Below are positions 47,705 to 58,132 of a stretch of DNA of 64,000 bases, in pieces. Both the position numbers and the translations under genes were made by a program. The notes beneath the pieces are model-generated. The model had not been told where the DNA came from, searched no databases, and saw only the letters and a program-made list of their open reading frames with translations. How positions within the stretch are numbered: the stretch's first letter is position 1; each line of letters opens with the position of its first letter. Origin of the DNA: Phycisphaerae bacterium (GTDB lineage Bacteria; Planctomycetota; Phycisphaerae; UBA1845); contig CAXXGO010000001.1 of assembly GCA_963666835.2 (NCBI GenBank), positions 1,248,001-1,312,000 on the forward strand. Direction: 5' to 3'.

Positions 47705-50700
47705 GTGCGCGTTCACTGGCTCATCGCGAGCACTTTGCTCTTTGTGTTGCTTCAGCCCTTCGGCGGAGGTGTTGCCCGAGGTGTGGAGTACCCAGTGAAC
47801 GGCTTCGATCGCCTGCACGGGGTTGTGGTGCGGGCGTTCCATCAGGATTCCCTCGGCTATCTCTGGCTGGCTACGGATAGTGGGGTGTGGCGGTGGTGCG
47901 GGGGACGCTTCCAGCGCCTCCAGGAGAGTATTCCGACTCCCGCTCCGGTCAACTGCCTTCTAGAGGATGCCCATCAGACTCTGTGGATCGGAACGGATGA
48001 CGGGCTGGTCGGCGTTGACGTGCTGACCTTGCAGGTGCGGCCATACTCTCCCCTGTTGCCGGGTGTGCGGATCTACAGCGCTTATCGGGATGCTGAAGGC
48101 CAGGCGTGGATCGGGGCCATGTCGGGCCTCCATCGGTTGATGCACCGCAGCGATACCGATGCGGCTTTGTTGGTTGAGGGCTCCCGGACCCACCAGATTC
48201 TCGCCATGGCTCCCGGTTTGGATGGTGAGCTATGGGCGGGAACCCATCGATCGCTTCTTAGGGTGACCGGTGAGCAGGTGGTTGCCGGTTTTGAGGACCT
48301 GCTTTGTGGGGGACACATTCGGGGGCTGCTGCGGTCGAGTGACGGGGCGTTATGGGTGGGCGTGCGAACGCCGGGCGGTCTCTATCGGTTGCACGACGGG
48401 GAGGTAACCGGATTCGGTGAGGAGGAAGGTCTTCTCAATAACGAAGTCAATTGCATTGTCGAGCATCCCGACGGGGATATCTGGGTCGCCACGGAGGACG
48501 GGGCGTTTCGCTGGCGCAACGGGCGCTTCACGGCGTTGGATCGAACGAACGGCTTGCCAACCGGGGACATCCACGCCCTATACGTCGATCGCGAGGAACA
48601 CTTGTGGATTGGTACGTACGGGTCCGGGGCGTTCCGGCTGAGGTCGCCGGATATTGTTGCATATTCAATGGCCGACGGCCTGGCCCATCCGATGGTGACG
48701 GCGTTGGCGCGAGCAGGCGACAATCGGTTGGTTGTCGGAACGGTGCACGGAGCCGCGCTGTTTGATCTTGGGCTGTCCGGCGAGACTCGGCTCTTGGCGC
48801 AGGGGAACATCCGCGCCGTGTATGTCGATCACGCCGGGGAAATGTGGATTGCCGCAGACTCCGGGGTGATGCGTGCCCGTGACGGCATGCAGGTTGCGCC
48901 GGCATATCCTACCTGCTTGGGTGAGGATGCTACGGGAGGCTTGCTGATCGGGTACGACCGTCGGTTGTTTCGCTACGTCAATGGCGAGATCGGGCCTGTC
49001 AGAATCCCCGAGGAGATCATCGGACAGGTTCAGGCTATAGAACTCGGTGCCGATGGGGCGGTGTATGTCGGGACGGATCGAGGGCTGGGTCGTTTAGTTG
49101 ACAACGCCTGGGTGGTTCTGTTGGCCGATCGCGATATCCGCGCGGTTTACGCCGAAGGACCGGATGCGCTGTGGTTAGGGACGTTGAACGGACTTGTCTA
49201 CTGGAGTAGTTCCGGAGTTCGAGATGTTGTTGGTGACGGTGAGCACGGTCACCAGGTGCGCGACATAATCCGGGACGGGCAGGGGGCGATCTGGGCGGCA
49301 ACGGACCGCGGGGTGCTCCGGGTCAACGGTGACCAGGTGGAGCGGTTCTCGTACGCCCACGGGCTGCCGAGCGGTGACGTTTCCGGTTTGGCCACGGCGG
49401 CGGACGGGTGTCTATTCGCCGGTACGACGCAGGGCTTGGCCCGGATTGATGTTCAGCGGTTGAGACCCTGTGCTACGCGCCCGCTCTGCGTGGTGGGGAG
49501 CTTCTCTGCGGGGGGGCGGCGGTACTATCCCGGGCGGATCGTCTCGGAATTGCCGTTTAATCAGCGCGACGTGTCCTTTGAGCTCGAGGATCTGGGGTGG
49601 CGGTACGCCAGCGGATCACAGTACCAGTACCAACTGATCGGGCATGACAAGGGCTGGTCGGAGTGGATGCCGCGCGACGTTCGCAGCTACGTCGGCCTTC
49701 AGCCCGGACAGTACACCTTCCTGGCAAAAGTGCGTAATGAACGTGGGATTGAGGGGCGAACCCGGCCGCTCTCATTCGTTATCTTGCCTCCGTTCTGGCG
49801 GACCGCGTGGTTCGTCGGCTTGGCGCTTCTGACGCTTTTGATCGTGGTTGCCGCGTCGATGCGGGCTTACGTCAGGCGCTGTCAGTTGCGCCGGGAGGCT
49901 GAAGCGGCGACCCGGGCCAAGAGCGAGTTCGTCTCGTGTATGAGCCACGAGATCCGTACGCCCCTGGCCGTGATCCTCGGTTGTGCAGAGACCCTGGCAG
50001 ACCCGCGCCTTTCGCGCCGCCATCGAGCGGAACGCGTCGACACCATTATCCGGAACGGGCGCCACTTGCTCGAGGTGGTTAATCGGGTCATGGACCTTTC
50101 CAAGCTGAGCCGTGGAGGCTCTCGGCCGGAGTCCCTGCCGTTTGCCCTACGGAGTCTGCTGGATGATGTCCGCACCATTGCAGTGCATAGGGTGGCAGAC
50201 AAGCCGGTTGCCGTGGAACTTGATGTCGACGACCGGGTGCCCGAGTTCATAGTCAGCGATCCTACGAGACTCCAGCAGATTCTGGTCAACTTGATGGATA
50301 ACGCCGTCAAGTTCACTTCCGATGGGTTTGTGCGTTTGGGGGTCTCGCAGACCGGGGGAATCCGCGACGAGTGCCTGACACTTCGATTCATGGTCATAGA
50401 CACCGGGCTCGGCATTGCGCCGGAGCAGCGTGAGGCGGTTTTCGATGCCTTTCGACAGGCCGATTCGTCGATAACGCGCCGATACGGGGGGACCGGGCTG
50501 GGGTTGACCATTGCGCGGTCGCTGGCAGTATCGATGGGTGGGGAATTGCACCTCGTTAGCGAAACCGGTTGGGGTACGACGCTCACTCTCGATCTCCCCA
50601 CGCGAATTGCCCGAGAGGACGACGTTCTCTGTCGACTGGGCGAACAGGGTGAAAAGGAAGAGGGGACGTTGGCAAAGGTTCGCATTCTCGTTGCCGACGA

Positions 50701-51445
50701 CAGCGTTGATCTTCATCGCGTCCTCGAGGTAATCCTCGAGAATGCGGGGGCGGAGGTGCATGGTGCATCGAATGGCCGGGAAGCAATAGGTCTGGCCGCT
50801 CAGGCAGACTTCGATGTCATCCTGGTCGACATTCACATGCCCGATATGGACGGGTTTGCCGTTGTCCGAGAGCTGCACGAGCGCGGGGTTGATGTGCCCC
50901 TTATTGCGGTAACGGCCGATGCCACGGACGAGACGCGCCTGCGATGTCTGGAGGTGGGTTTCGATGACTTGATCTGCAAGCCGTTCGAAGGCCGGGATCT
51001 GATCTCACGCATTCGAGATCTTTGTCCGACGCGGCCGACGTTCCAGCCGGCGGAACGGTTCGCATCGAAACGGCCGGCTCCGGAGCAGGACGCCCCGCCC
51101 GGGGGAGGCGAAGAGACCGATGATGGCCCGATCTTCTCGTCGCTGGCGGGGCAGGGGGCGAGAATGGCCGAGGTTACGGACGACTTCGTCAGGAAAGTGG
51201 CTGAAGATGTTGCGCTGATGGAGGAGGCGCTGGCCGGTCGAGCTTTTGAGTCGATCGGTGACGTGGCCCATCGCCTGAAGGGTTCCGGGGGAACCACCGG
51301 CTACATGTGCGTGACGGAAGTAGCGGCCCGGATCGAGAAAGCTGCTTTGGCGGAGAAGGCCGCGGTGCTCGAGCAGCATATTCTCGATCTCCGCGTGCTT
51401 CACCGGCGGATGCTGAAGGGCATCGGGCAGCAGGAGGAGGTTTGA
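47705..51445 (+). CDS. hybrid sensor kinase: beta-propeller (Reg_prop) + Y_Y_Y + HisKA/HATPase + REC + Hpt
   Basis: Repeated D..G.LW.GT..GL; YQYQLIG..LQPGQYTF; MSHEIRTPL; GGTGLGL; DIHMPDMDG; AHRLKGSGG. Confidence 0.95.
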   Translation: MRVHWLIASTLLFVLLQPFGGGVARGVEYPVNGFDRLHGVVVRAFHQDSLGYLWLATDSGVWRWCGGRFQRLQESIPTPAPVNCLLEDAHQTLWIGTDDGLVGVDVLTLQVRPYSPLLPGVRIYSAYRDAEGQAWIGAMSGLHRLMHRSDTDAALLVEGSRTHQILAMAPGLDGELWAGTHRSLLRVTGEQVVAGFEDLLCGGHIRGLLRSSDGALWVGVRTPGGLYRLHDGEVTGFGEEEGLLNNEVNCIVEHPDGDIWVATEDGAFRWRNGRFTALDRTNGLPTGDIHALYVDREEHLWIGTYGSGAFRLRSPDIVAYSMADGLAHPMVTALARAGDNRLVVGTVHGAALFDLGLSGETRLLAQGNIRAVYVDHAGEMWIAADSGVMRARDGMQVAPAYPTCLGEDATGGLLIGYDRRLFRYVNGEIGPVRIPEEIIGQVQAIELGADGAVYVGTDRGLGRLVDNAWVVLLADRDIRAVYAEGPDALWLGTLNGLVYWSSSGVRDVVGDGEHGHQVRDIIRDGQGAIWAATDRGVLRVNGDQVERFSYAHGLPSGDVSGLATAADGCLFAGTTQGLARIDVQRLRPCATRPLCVVGSFSAGGRRYYPGRIVSELPFNQRDVSFELEDLGWRYASGSQYQYQLIGHDKGWSEWMPRDVRSYVGLQPGQYTFLAKVRNERGIEGRTRPLSFVILPPFWRTAWFVGLALLTLLIVVAASMRAYVRRCQLRREAEAATRAKSEFVSCMSHEIRTPLAVILGCAETLADPRLSRRHRAERVDTIIRNGRHLLEVVNRVMDLSKLSRGGSRPESLPFALRSLLDDVRTIAVHRVADKPVAVELDVDDRVPEFIVSDPTRLQQILVNLMDNAVKFTSDGFVRLGVSQTGGIRDECLTLRFMVIDTGLGIAPEQREAVFDAFRQADSSITRRYGGTGLGLTIARSLAVSMGGELHLVSETGWGTTLTLDLPTRIAREDDVLCRLGEQGEKEEGTLAKVRILVADDSVDLHRVLEVILENAGAEVHGASNGREAIGLAAQADFDVILVDIHMPDMDGFAVVRELHERGVDVPLIAVTADATDETRLRCLEVGFDDLICKPFEGRDLISRIRDLCPTRPTFQPAERFASKRPAPEQDAPPGGGEETDDGPIFSSLAGQGARMAEVTDDFVRKVAEDVALMEEALAGRAFESIGDVAHRLKGSGGTTGYMCVTEVAARIEKAALAEKAAVLEQHILDLRVLHRRMLKGIGQQEEV

Positions 51446-51638
51446 CCGCGGCCATCCGGCTCGCTTTCGGGAGTGCCCTATCCTCGGCGGTGTTTCTTAC
51501 CGATACGGCGCTTGAAGGGCTCGCCGGGGCTTGGTAGGGTCACGCCGGTTCTCTGCCGCATGTATTCGGTGGGGGGCGGTGGGTGATCTGATTGTGGCGG
51601 AATGACGGATTCGGTGGCGAACTGGGCGGAGTACGTTA

Positions 51639-52367
51639 ATGGGTGAAAAGAACTCGCAATCCCCGTTGTCTATCAGCGTCTTCTTCCCCTGCTACAACGA
51701 GGAAGCAAACGTCGAGAATACGACCCAAGCCGCCCTGTCTACGTTCAGGCGGGTCAGCGACGACTTCGAGATCATCATCGTCAACGACGGCAGCAAGGAC
51801 CGGACCGGCGAGATTGCCGACCGGTTGGCGTCTGAGCATCCGGAGGTTAGAGCGGTCCACAACAACCCGAACCTCGGCTACGGCGGGGCTTTGCAGCGGG
51901 GGTTTCGGGAAGCGACCAAGACGTGGGTCTTCTACACCGACGGCGATGGGCAATTCGATTTCGAGGAGATCGACAAGCTGTTCCCGTTACTAGATCAGTA
52001 TGACGTAGTGAGTGCCTATCGTCTGAACCGCCAGGACCCCTTCATTCGTAAGGTGAACGCTTTCTGCTGGACCACTCTGGTCAACGCCGTCTTTGGACTG
52101 TGGCTCCGGGATATTGACTGCGCTTTCAAGCTCTTCCCGCGTAAGTTGTTCGACGAAATCGACATGAAGTCGACCGGAGCGCTGATCGACGCCGAGGTTC
52201 TCACCCGGGCCAAGCGGATCGGGTATCGCATAGGCCAGGTGGGTGTCCACCATTACCCGCGCTCGGCCGGGGAGCAAACCGGCGCCGATCTTCGGGTGAT
52301 CGCTCGGGCGTTCAAAGAGCTGTTCAAGCTCCGGCGGGAGATCGTCAGGACCACCCGTCGATCATGA
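51639..52367 (+). CDS. GT2 glycosyltransferase (polyprenol-phosphate mannose synthase/DPM1-like)
   Basis: FPCYNEE, VNDGSKD, NLGYGGA, TDGDGQ, DIDCAFKL. Confidence 0.9.
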   Translation: MGEKNSQSPLSISVFFPCYNEEANVENTTQAALSTFRRVSDDFEIIIVNDGSKDRTGEIADRLASEHPEVRAVHNNPNLGYGGALQRGFREATKTWVFYTDGDGQFDFEEIDKLFPLLDQYDVVSAYRLNRQDPFIRKVNAFCWTTLVNAVFGLWLRDIDCAFKLFPRKLFDEIDMKSTGALIDAEVLTRAKRIGYRIGQVGVHHYPRSAGEQTGADLRVIARAFKELFKLRREIVRTTRRS

Positions 52368-52463
52368 GCGTTTCCGCCCCGGTTACAGATCGGGCGGTTC
52401 GCGAAGAGGGAACAGCGGAGCGTCGCCCGGCACGCTCGGAGGGCTACGGGATTCAGTTCTCAA

Positions 52464-54344
52464 ATGGTGTCATCTAAGAAGCAGGACGTGACGCGCAGGA
52501 AGAGGCGGGATGAGCAGAAGGACGCCCCGGCCGCTTTGCGCCGCTGGCCGGCCCGGTGGGTTGCCGGCGTGCTTCCCGTGCTCGTACTGGGGCTGGGGTT
52601 CGCGGCGTTTCTTCCGGCGCTGGATGCGAAGTTCGTCAACTATGACGATGACCGTTTGTTCGTGGAAAACACGTCCTATCGCGGGTTGAGCCCGGAACAT
52701 CTTCGATGGATGTTCTCGACGACGTTCATGGGGCACTACCAGCCGCTGACCTGGCTATCGGCGGCGGTGGACTATGAGATTTCCGGTACGAATCCTTCGA
52801 GCTATCACCGCAACAACCTGATTCTGCACAGCCTTAACGGCGTGCTCGTGTACTTCGTTTGTTTGAGACTGCTGGGAGCGGGTTTGCGGATTGCGCGGAA
52901 CGAGTATCCGACCATGCTGCGTCTGGCCGCTGGCGTGGGGGCACTGCTGTTCGCCGTACATCCGCTCCGGGTCGAATCGGTGGCCTGGGCTGCGGAGCGG
53001 CGCGATGTTCTGAGCGGGTTCCTTTTGCTCTCGGCGTTGCTGGCGTATCTACGCGCAGTCGACGTGGCCGAGGGTCCGTTGCGATCTCGTGGCTGGTTCG
53101 TCGCCTCGTGCGGATTGCTGGCGTTGTCACTACTGTCCAAGGCCTGGGGTATGTCGTTCTTCCTGATCGCGGTGGTCCTGGATTGGTATCCGTTGCGTCG
53201 CTTGCCCGCACAGGTCTCTCTGTGGCGGGAGCCGGAGCTGCGCGCCCTGTGGATGCAGAAGATCCCGTTCTTAATCCTGGGGCTGGCGGCGGCGGTAGTG
53301 GCCGGTTATGCCCAGCGATCGGCGCTCGATACGATGCGGAGCCTGGCGGATTGGGGGATCGGCGATCGACTGGTCCAAGCCGTCTTCGGTTTGGCCTTCT
53401 ACGTAGAGAAGACGGTCTGGCCGACGGGGCTTGGTCCTTGTTATGAATTGCCGTATCAGCTTGACGCCTTCGAGCCCCGGTTTGTGAGGGCCTATGTCGT
53501 GGTGGCCGTGGCTGGAGCGCTTGTCGTGGTGCTCCGGCGGAAGCTCCCGGCGCTGGCGGCGGCGGCAATTGTCTATGTCGTGCTCCTGGCTCCCGTGCTG
53601 GGCATTGCCCAGAGCGGTCCCCAATTGGTGGCCGACCGCTATTCATACTTGGCCTGCACGGGTTGGGTGATCCTCGCCGCCGGTGGGCTGTTGACGGTCT
53701 GGAGTGGGTCGACACGAGTGCGACGAGGTGTCGCGGCAATGGCAGTGGTGGTGATCGGAGTCCTCTTCGCGGCTACTTGGCGGCAGACTCGAGTCTGGCA
53801 CGATTCAAGATCGCTGTGGGATCATGCGGTAACCGTGGCCCCACCAAGCTCGTTGGCTAACTTGAACCGCGGGATCCTGCTGCGCCGGGAGGGGCAGGTG
53901 GATGAGGCGATAGCCTGCTACCAGGCGGCGGTGGAAGTCCGTCCCGATACGGGAAACGCCTGGTTTGCGCTGGGCAATGTCCTCAAGCAGGAGAAGAGGG
54001 ACTACGCCGCGGCCGAGCCGGCCTACCGCCGCGCCGCGGAGTTCATGACTCAAAAGCACCGTGCTTATCTAAACCTGGGGAACATGTACTACAACGAGCT
54101 TGGCCGGGTGGAGGACGCTATCGAGGCGTATCGCGCCGCGATTGCGCACGTGGAGGCCCAGCGGTCGAAGATGTTCACCCCGACGCCGTATCTGGCCCTG
54201 GGCATCGCGCTGCGCCGAGCCGGACAGTCTGCCGAGGCCCGTGAGGCCTTGGAGGTGGCTCGGAAGCACTCGCGCACTCGTGAGCGGGCGGAAGATGAAC
54301 TGCGCCGTTTGGATGAAGAAGCTCGGCTTCCGGAGGGGCGCTGA
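52464..54344 (+). CDS. TMTC-like GT-C membrane glycosyltransferase with C-terminal TPRs
   Basis: NYDDD loop, YQPLTWLS, HPLRVESVAWAAERRDVL, LLSK, ADRYSY, W.D...LW then TPRs. Confidence 0.88.
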   Translation: MVSSKKQDVTRRKRRDEQKDAPAALRRWPARWVAGVLPVLVLGLGFAAFLPALDAKFVNYDDDRLFVENTSYRGLSPEHLRWMFSTTFMGHYQPLTWLSAAVDYEISGTNPSSYHRNNLILHSLNGVLVYFVCLRLLGAGLRIARNEYPTMLRLAAGVGALLFAVHPLRVESVAWAAERRDVLSGFLLLSALLAYLRAVDVAEGPLRSRGWFVASCGLLALSLLSKAWGMSFFLIAVVLDWYPLRRLPAQVSLWREPELRALWMQKIPFLILGLAAAVVAGYAQRSALDTMRSLADWGIGDRLVQAVFGLAFYVEKTVWPTGLGPCYELPYQLDAFEPRFVRAYVVVAVAGALVVVLRRKLPALAAAAIVYVVLLAPVLGIAQSGPQLVADRYSYLACTGWVILAAGGLLTVWSGSTRVRRGVAAMAVVVIGVLFAATWRQTRVWHDSRSLWDHAVTVAPPSSLANLNRGILLRREGQVDEAIACYQAAVEVRPDTGNAWFALGNVLKQEKRDYAAAEPAYRRAAEFMTQKHRAYLNLGNMYYNELGRVEDAIEAYRAAIAHVEAQRSKMFTPTPYLALGIALRRAGQSAEAREALEVARKHSRTRERAEDELRRLDEEARLPEGR

Positions 54345-54347
54345 GGC

Positions 54348-55685
54348 TCAGCCGTCGCTTTCCGGCAGCACATCTGCCTCGCCGCTCAGGATTGCCAGAG
54401 CGTGGAGCAGTTGGCGATCGCGATAGACTTCCGGATACTCGGTGCCGTGCGTCGGGTCGCCGGTGCTTTCCGAATCACCGGTTACCAGTGGGGCCGAGTC
54501 CACCTGCCGGCGCGACTCCTGGATCAGACGTTTCTCATCGCGGCTCAGACGCACCTTTACGTCCGGGTGTACTCCCCAGGCATCGGTTGACGCCGCTCCG
54601 GGAGGACGGTGGATGATCCGGCCGCTCGGCAGGCGGTAATAGGTCGTCGTGAGCATCACGCCGGCTTTCTGCGTAGTCAGATACATCAGGAGCTGCACGC
54701 ATCCCTTGCCGAAGCTGCGCTCCCCAACCACCACGGCTCTTTGCCGATCCTGCAAAGACCCGGCGACGATTTCCGCGGCACTGGCCGACCCGCCGTTGAC
54801 CAATACTACGAGGTCCATAGCGGGCAGAGTGTGCGGGGCGGTGGCGTAATACTCCCGTTCTACCTGTCGCCGAGTAACGGTGGAGACGATCAGTCCGTCA
54901 CTCACGAAGCGATCGACGAGGTCCACCGCTTGGTCCAGCAACCCGCCGGGGTTGAAACGCAGGTCGATAACGATTCCGCCGACCTTCTGCCGGAGCAGGC
55001 TATCGAGAGCGCTCTCGAAATCCGGCATCGTGTTAACGTGAAAGCGGTTTATGCGAATGTACCCGATCCGCCGGTCCGGGTCGATCAGGTAGTCCCACGT
55101 TGCCGGAGAAGTCCGGCGGAAGCCGCGCACCGTGTGGATCGTCACGGCTCCGCGCGTTACGGAGAGTTCCGTCGAGTCATCCTGCCCGGTATGCAATACC
55201 GTGAGGTTTACTTGCGTGTCGCGCGTTCCCCGAAGCAATCGGCCGATGTCGAACACCGACATGTTCTCGACCCGGCGTCCGTCTACTGCCAGGATCACGT
55301 CACCGGCGGCTACTCCGGCGGCTGCGCCCGGGCCGTCTTCAGATGCGGCGATGACCGTCGGCTGACCATTGAGCATGCCGACATCGATTCCGATCCCGAT
55401 GTACCCACCGGCGGATCTCTGTTCGAACGCGACGAGCTCATCGGGGGCTAAGTACCCGCTGTAAGGGTCAAGCTGCGAGAGCATCCCGCGGATGGCTCCG
55501 TCAACCAGATGACGGTCTTCGATCGGTTCGACAAAGCGCTGTTTGGCGAGGGCGTCGACCTCGACCAGGGTGCGATAGGTGTTCACGACGGAATCCTGCT
55601 TGGCGACCATTGCCGGCAGGCGCAGGAACATCACGATTACTACGGCAAAGACGACTAGCCAGGTCAGGCCGTGTCGGTGCATCAA
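54348..55685 (-). CDS. S41 family carboxyl-terminal processing protease with PDZ domain
   Basis: LDPYS, GIGI, DLRFNPGG, SASAAEI, FGKG. Confidence 0.93.
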   Translation of the reverse strand: MMHRHGLTWLVVFAVVIVMFLRLPAMVAKQDSVVNTYRTLVEVDALAKQRFVEPIEDRHLVDGAIRGMLSQLDPYSGYLAPDELVAFEQRSAGGYIGIGIDVGMLNGQPTVIAASEDGPGAAAGVAAGDVILAVDGRRVENMSVFDIGRLLRGTRDTQVNLTVLHTGQDDSTELSVTRGAVTIHTVRGFRRTSPATWDYLIDPDRRIGYIRINRFHVNTMPDFESALDSLLRQKVGGIVIDLRFNPGGLLDQAVDLVDRFVSDGLIVSTVTRRQVEREYYATAPHTLPAMDLVVLVNGGSASAAEIVAGSLQDRQRAVVVGERSFGKGCVQLLMYLTTQKAGVMLTTTYYRLPSGRIIHRPPGAASTDAWGVHPDVKVRLSRDEKRLIQESRRQVDSAPLVTGDSESTGDPTHGTEYPEVYRDRQLLHALAILSGEADVLPESDG

Positions 55686-56725
55686 CGGCCTCCGCGCTTC
55701 CGGGCAGCGGCGCGTGCCTTGGCGTTCTTGAGATTCCGCCGGGCCTCGGCTACGCCCGCCCGGCTGGGACGAATGGGCAGCCCGACGATGGCGCCGAACG
55801 CCTGCGCGGCCAGGCGGGTGAATTCGTGATCGGTCCGCAACAGTCTGATTGTGATAGCCAACCCGGAATCATTGTGAAGACGTCCCAGGGCTTCGGCCGC
55901 GCGCAGTGCGACCTCCGTGTTGTTCTGACTGAGGAGTTCGCGGAGCGGTTCAATAGCCGTGAAGGCCTCGAGGCGGCCCAAGGTCTCGGCCGCCTCGGCC
56001 CGGATCTTGGCGTTGGGATCGCGAAGCAAACTGATCAGCGCGACCTGCGCTTCGTGGCCGCGGATTTCGAACAGGGCAGGGATCGTAGCGCGGCGAACGG
56101 CGTGATCCGCAGACATCGTCAGCCCGACGACTTGAGCGATAAGGTCTCTGGATGGGACCCCGTGCCGGGCGATTCCTCCCAGCATTCTGAGCGTACGGGC
56201 TCGCGCGTCATCCCGTGGTTGAGTGTCGTTGTCAGCGGAGGCCTCTTTAGGGGCTTCATCCGCGACCTGGTTTGCGGAGAGAGTAGAAGACCTCGGAGCT
56301 TCTGCTACGGTCTCACCGATTGCGTTTTCCAGCGTCTGCAGAGCTATCTCGACCAGATGCCAGCCCGGCTCCACCGCTTGAGAACCCATGACCTTACCGG
56401 TGAGTCTCACCTCGCGGTTCTCGGGCAGATGGAGCGTGATGTGCAAGCCGCCACCCGTGGGGAACTCGTACCTGGCCAGCAGCGTTACGTCCATCGTTGA
56501 GAGTTCGCGGGTGGTTGCCGGGACCTCGATTGTGGTTTGGTCTTTCCCGCAGTAGCGAAGGGTCGCCGCCACTCGGAACCGGCGCCGAGACGCAGCTCGG
56601 TCACCGGACGGTAGCCGTGACGGCATCGTGGACGACTGCGACCGGGCATCGAGCGCATCTAGGATGCCATTTGCGTGCCGGCGTTCAACGTCCGGGTCAA
56701 TTGAGCAAGTACGCGGATCTGGCAT
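55682..56725 (-). CDS. PilZ-like domain + HEAT repeat protein
   Basis: AAGGA RBS; DRAASRRRF (RxxxR) and beta-rich PilZ-like segment; HEAT repeats LRDPNAKIRAEAAETLG. Confidence 0.7.
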   Translation of the reverse strand: MPDPRTCSIDPDVERRHANGILDALDARSQSSTMPSRLPSGDRAASRRRFRVAATLRYCGKDQTTIEVPATTRELSTMDVTLLARYEFPTGGGLHITLHLPENREVRLTGKVMGSQAVEPGWHLVEIALQTLENAIGETVAEAPRSSTLSANQVADEAPKEASADNDTQPRDDARARTLRMLGGIARHGVPSRDLIAQVVGLTMSADHAVRRATIPALFEIRGHEAQVALISLLRDPNAKIRAEAAETLGRLEAFTAIEPLRELLSQNNTEVALRAAEALGRLHNDSGLAITIRLLRTDHEFTRLAAQAFGAIVGLPIRPSRAGVAEARRNLKNAKARAAARKRGGR

Positions 56726-57027
56726 GGTTAGTCCTTCGTCAGCCCGGCGAGGGGACTGGACTTTACGAACGGGTCGACCTGCGGCCAATAATGGTCCGAG
56801 AACATCACGCGTTCGGGGTCGAAATGCCTTTTGCATGGGTGGCGGGGCTGCTGCGGTTGCACGGGGTTATCCCTTATGGCGTGGTGTCAGGATGCGTCTT
56901 GGCCGGAAAGGCTCGACCTCAATGAGGGGCTCGCCTACATTATGGTGCATGGGACGATGGGGTGCGGCCGGTGTGGCGCGAACCTGTCGAAAACGCCGCA
57001 AGGGAATCCTGATCCGATTGGGCGGAT

Positions 57028-57474
57028 ATGTCGACGGACGATACGGGTGATGGCTCGGCGAGGGCATGGTATCGCGATGGGTTACGCTTTACCTGCACGC
57101 AGTGCGGCAATTGCTGCACCGGTGAGCCGGGTTACGTCTGGACGACCAAGAAGGAAATCCGCCTAATCTCCGAGTTCCTCGGTCGCGACGACGGGTGGCT
57201 GGACCGGGAGCATCTCCGGCGGGTCCGATTGCGCCACAGCCTCACGGAGCGGGCGAACGGGGACTGTATCTTCCTGACCCGCGAAAACGGGAAGATCGGC
57301 TGTGCGATATACCCGGTTAGACCTCTGCAATGCCGGACCTGGCCGTTTTGGAGCTACAATCTCAGCTCGATTGACGCCTGGAACGAGGCTCACACGAAAT
57401 GCCCCGGCATGAACAGGGGGGAGCGTCACGATTACGCTCAGATAGAGAAGATCCGCACGCAGAAGACCTGGTAG
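57028..57474 (+). CDS. YkgJ family CxxCxxCC cysteine cluster protein
   Basis: FTCTQCGNCC, CIFL, CAIYPVRPLQCRTWPFW, CPG. Confidence 0.92.
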   Translation: MSTDDTGDGSARAWYRDGLRFTCTQCGNCCTGEPGYVWTTKKEIRLISEFLGRDDGWLDREHLRRVRLRHSLTERANGDCIFLTRENGKIGCAIYPVRPLQCRTWPFWSYNLSSIDAWNEAHTKCPGMNRGERHDYAQIEKIRTQKTW

Positions 57475-57630
57475 GCATCGACGTGCTGGCGCGCGATTAC
57501 GGTCACCAGGTCTGCGGTCCGGCGCGGGATTGACATGGCGGTTGAGTCGATTATGGTGCCCCGTTGAGAATGTGGGGGTTTTCCGGCATGCTTGGCTAAT
57601 GCCGGTGTTCTCGCTCGGAAAGGACGTTTG

Positions 57631-57900
57631 ATGGCTCGCTCTGCTCGATTGACCCTGGCCGCGGGGATATTGGTTCTTTGCACTGTGTCCGGTTGCGCAA
57701 CCTGGAGCCGTACTCCGGCGCCGTTGGTTATGGCGAATTACCCGCATGCGGCGGAGGCCAATATGACCCAGTCTCCGCATGAGCATTTCAATCAGGTAAG
57801 GAATATTGCCGCTCAGGATGGACTAATGCTGTCAGAAGACATCGACCTGCTGTTCATGACTGATCGGCCGTCGCGCCTCAATCGCTGGCACACGAGATAG
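57631..57900 (+). CDS. small putative lipoprotein
   Basis: AAAGGA RBS; signal ending VSGC; followed by a terminator. Confidence 0.7.
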   Translation: MARSARLTLAAGILVLCTVSGCATWSRTPAPLVMANYPHAAEANMTQSPHEHFNQVRNIAAQDGLMLSEDIDLLFMTDRPSRLNRWHTR

Positions 57901-57922
57901 ACGATCTTACGACGTTTACAGC

Positions 57923-57962
57923 ACCCTTCGGCGGGTCAACACTGTTCCGCCGAAGGGTTTTT
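57923..57962 (+). terminator. intrinsic terminator
   Basis: ACCCTTCGGCGG/CCGCCGAAGGGT stem followed by a T run. Confidence 0.75.
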
Positions 57963-58132
57963 ACTGCGCGGGAGTCGTCGGGATCGGTTCGGGCTCCGGG
58001 ATTTCGATCTCTGAACGTGGGGTACGCGGTTGATTTTACTTGAGCGAGCTGTTCCGATAAGCAACGTCGGCTGACGCGACGGCGGGCGGATGAGCCCGCC
58101 TCGCAATCGGCCCTAGCAGAGGAGGTACTCGA

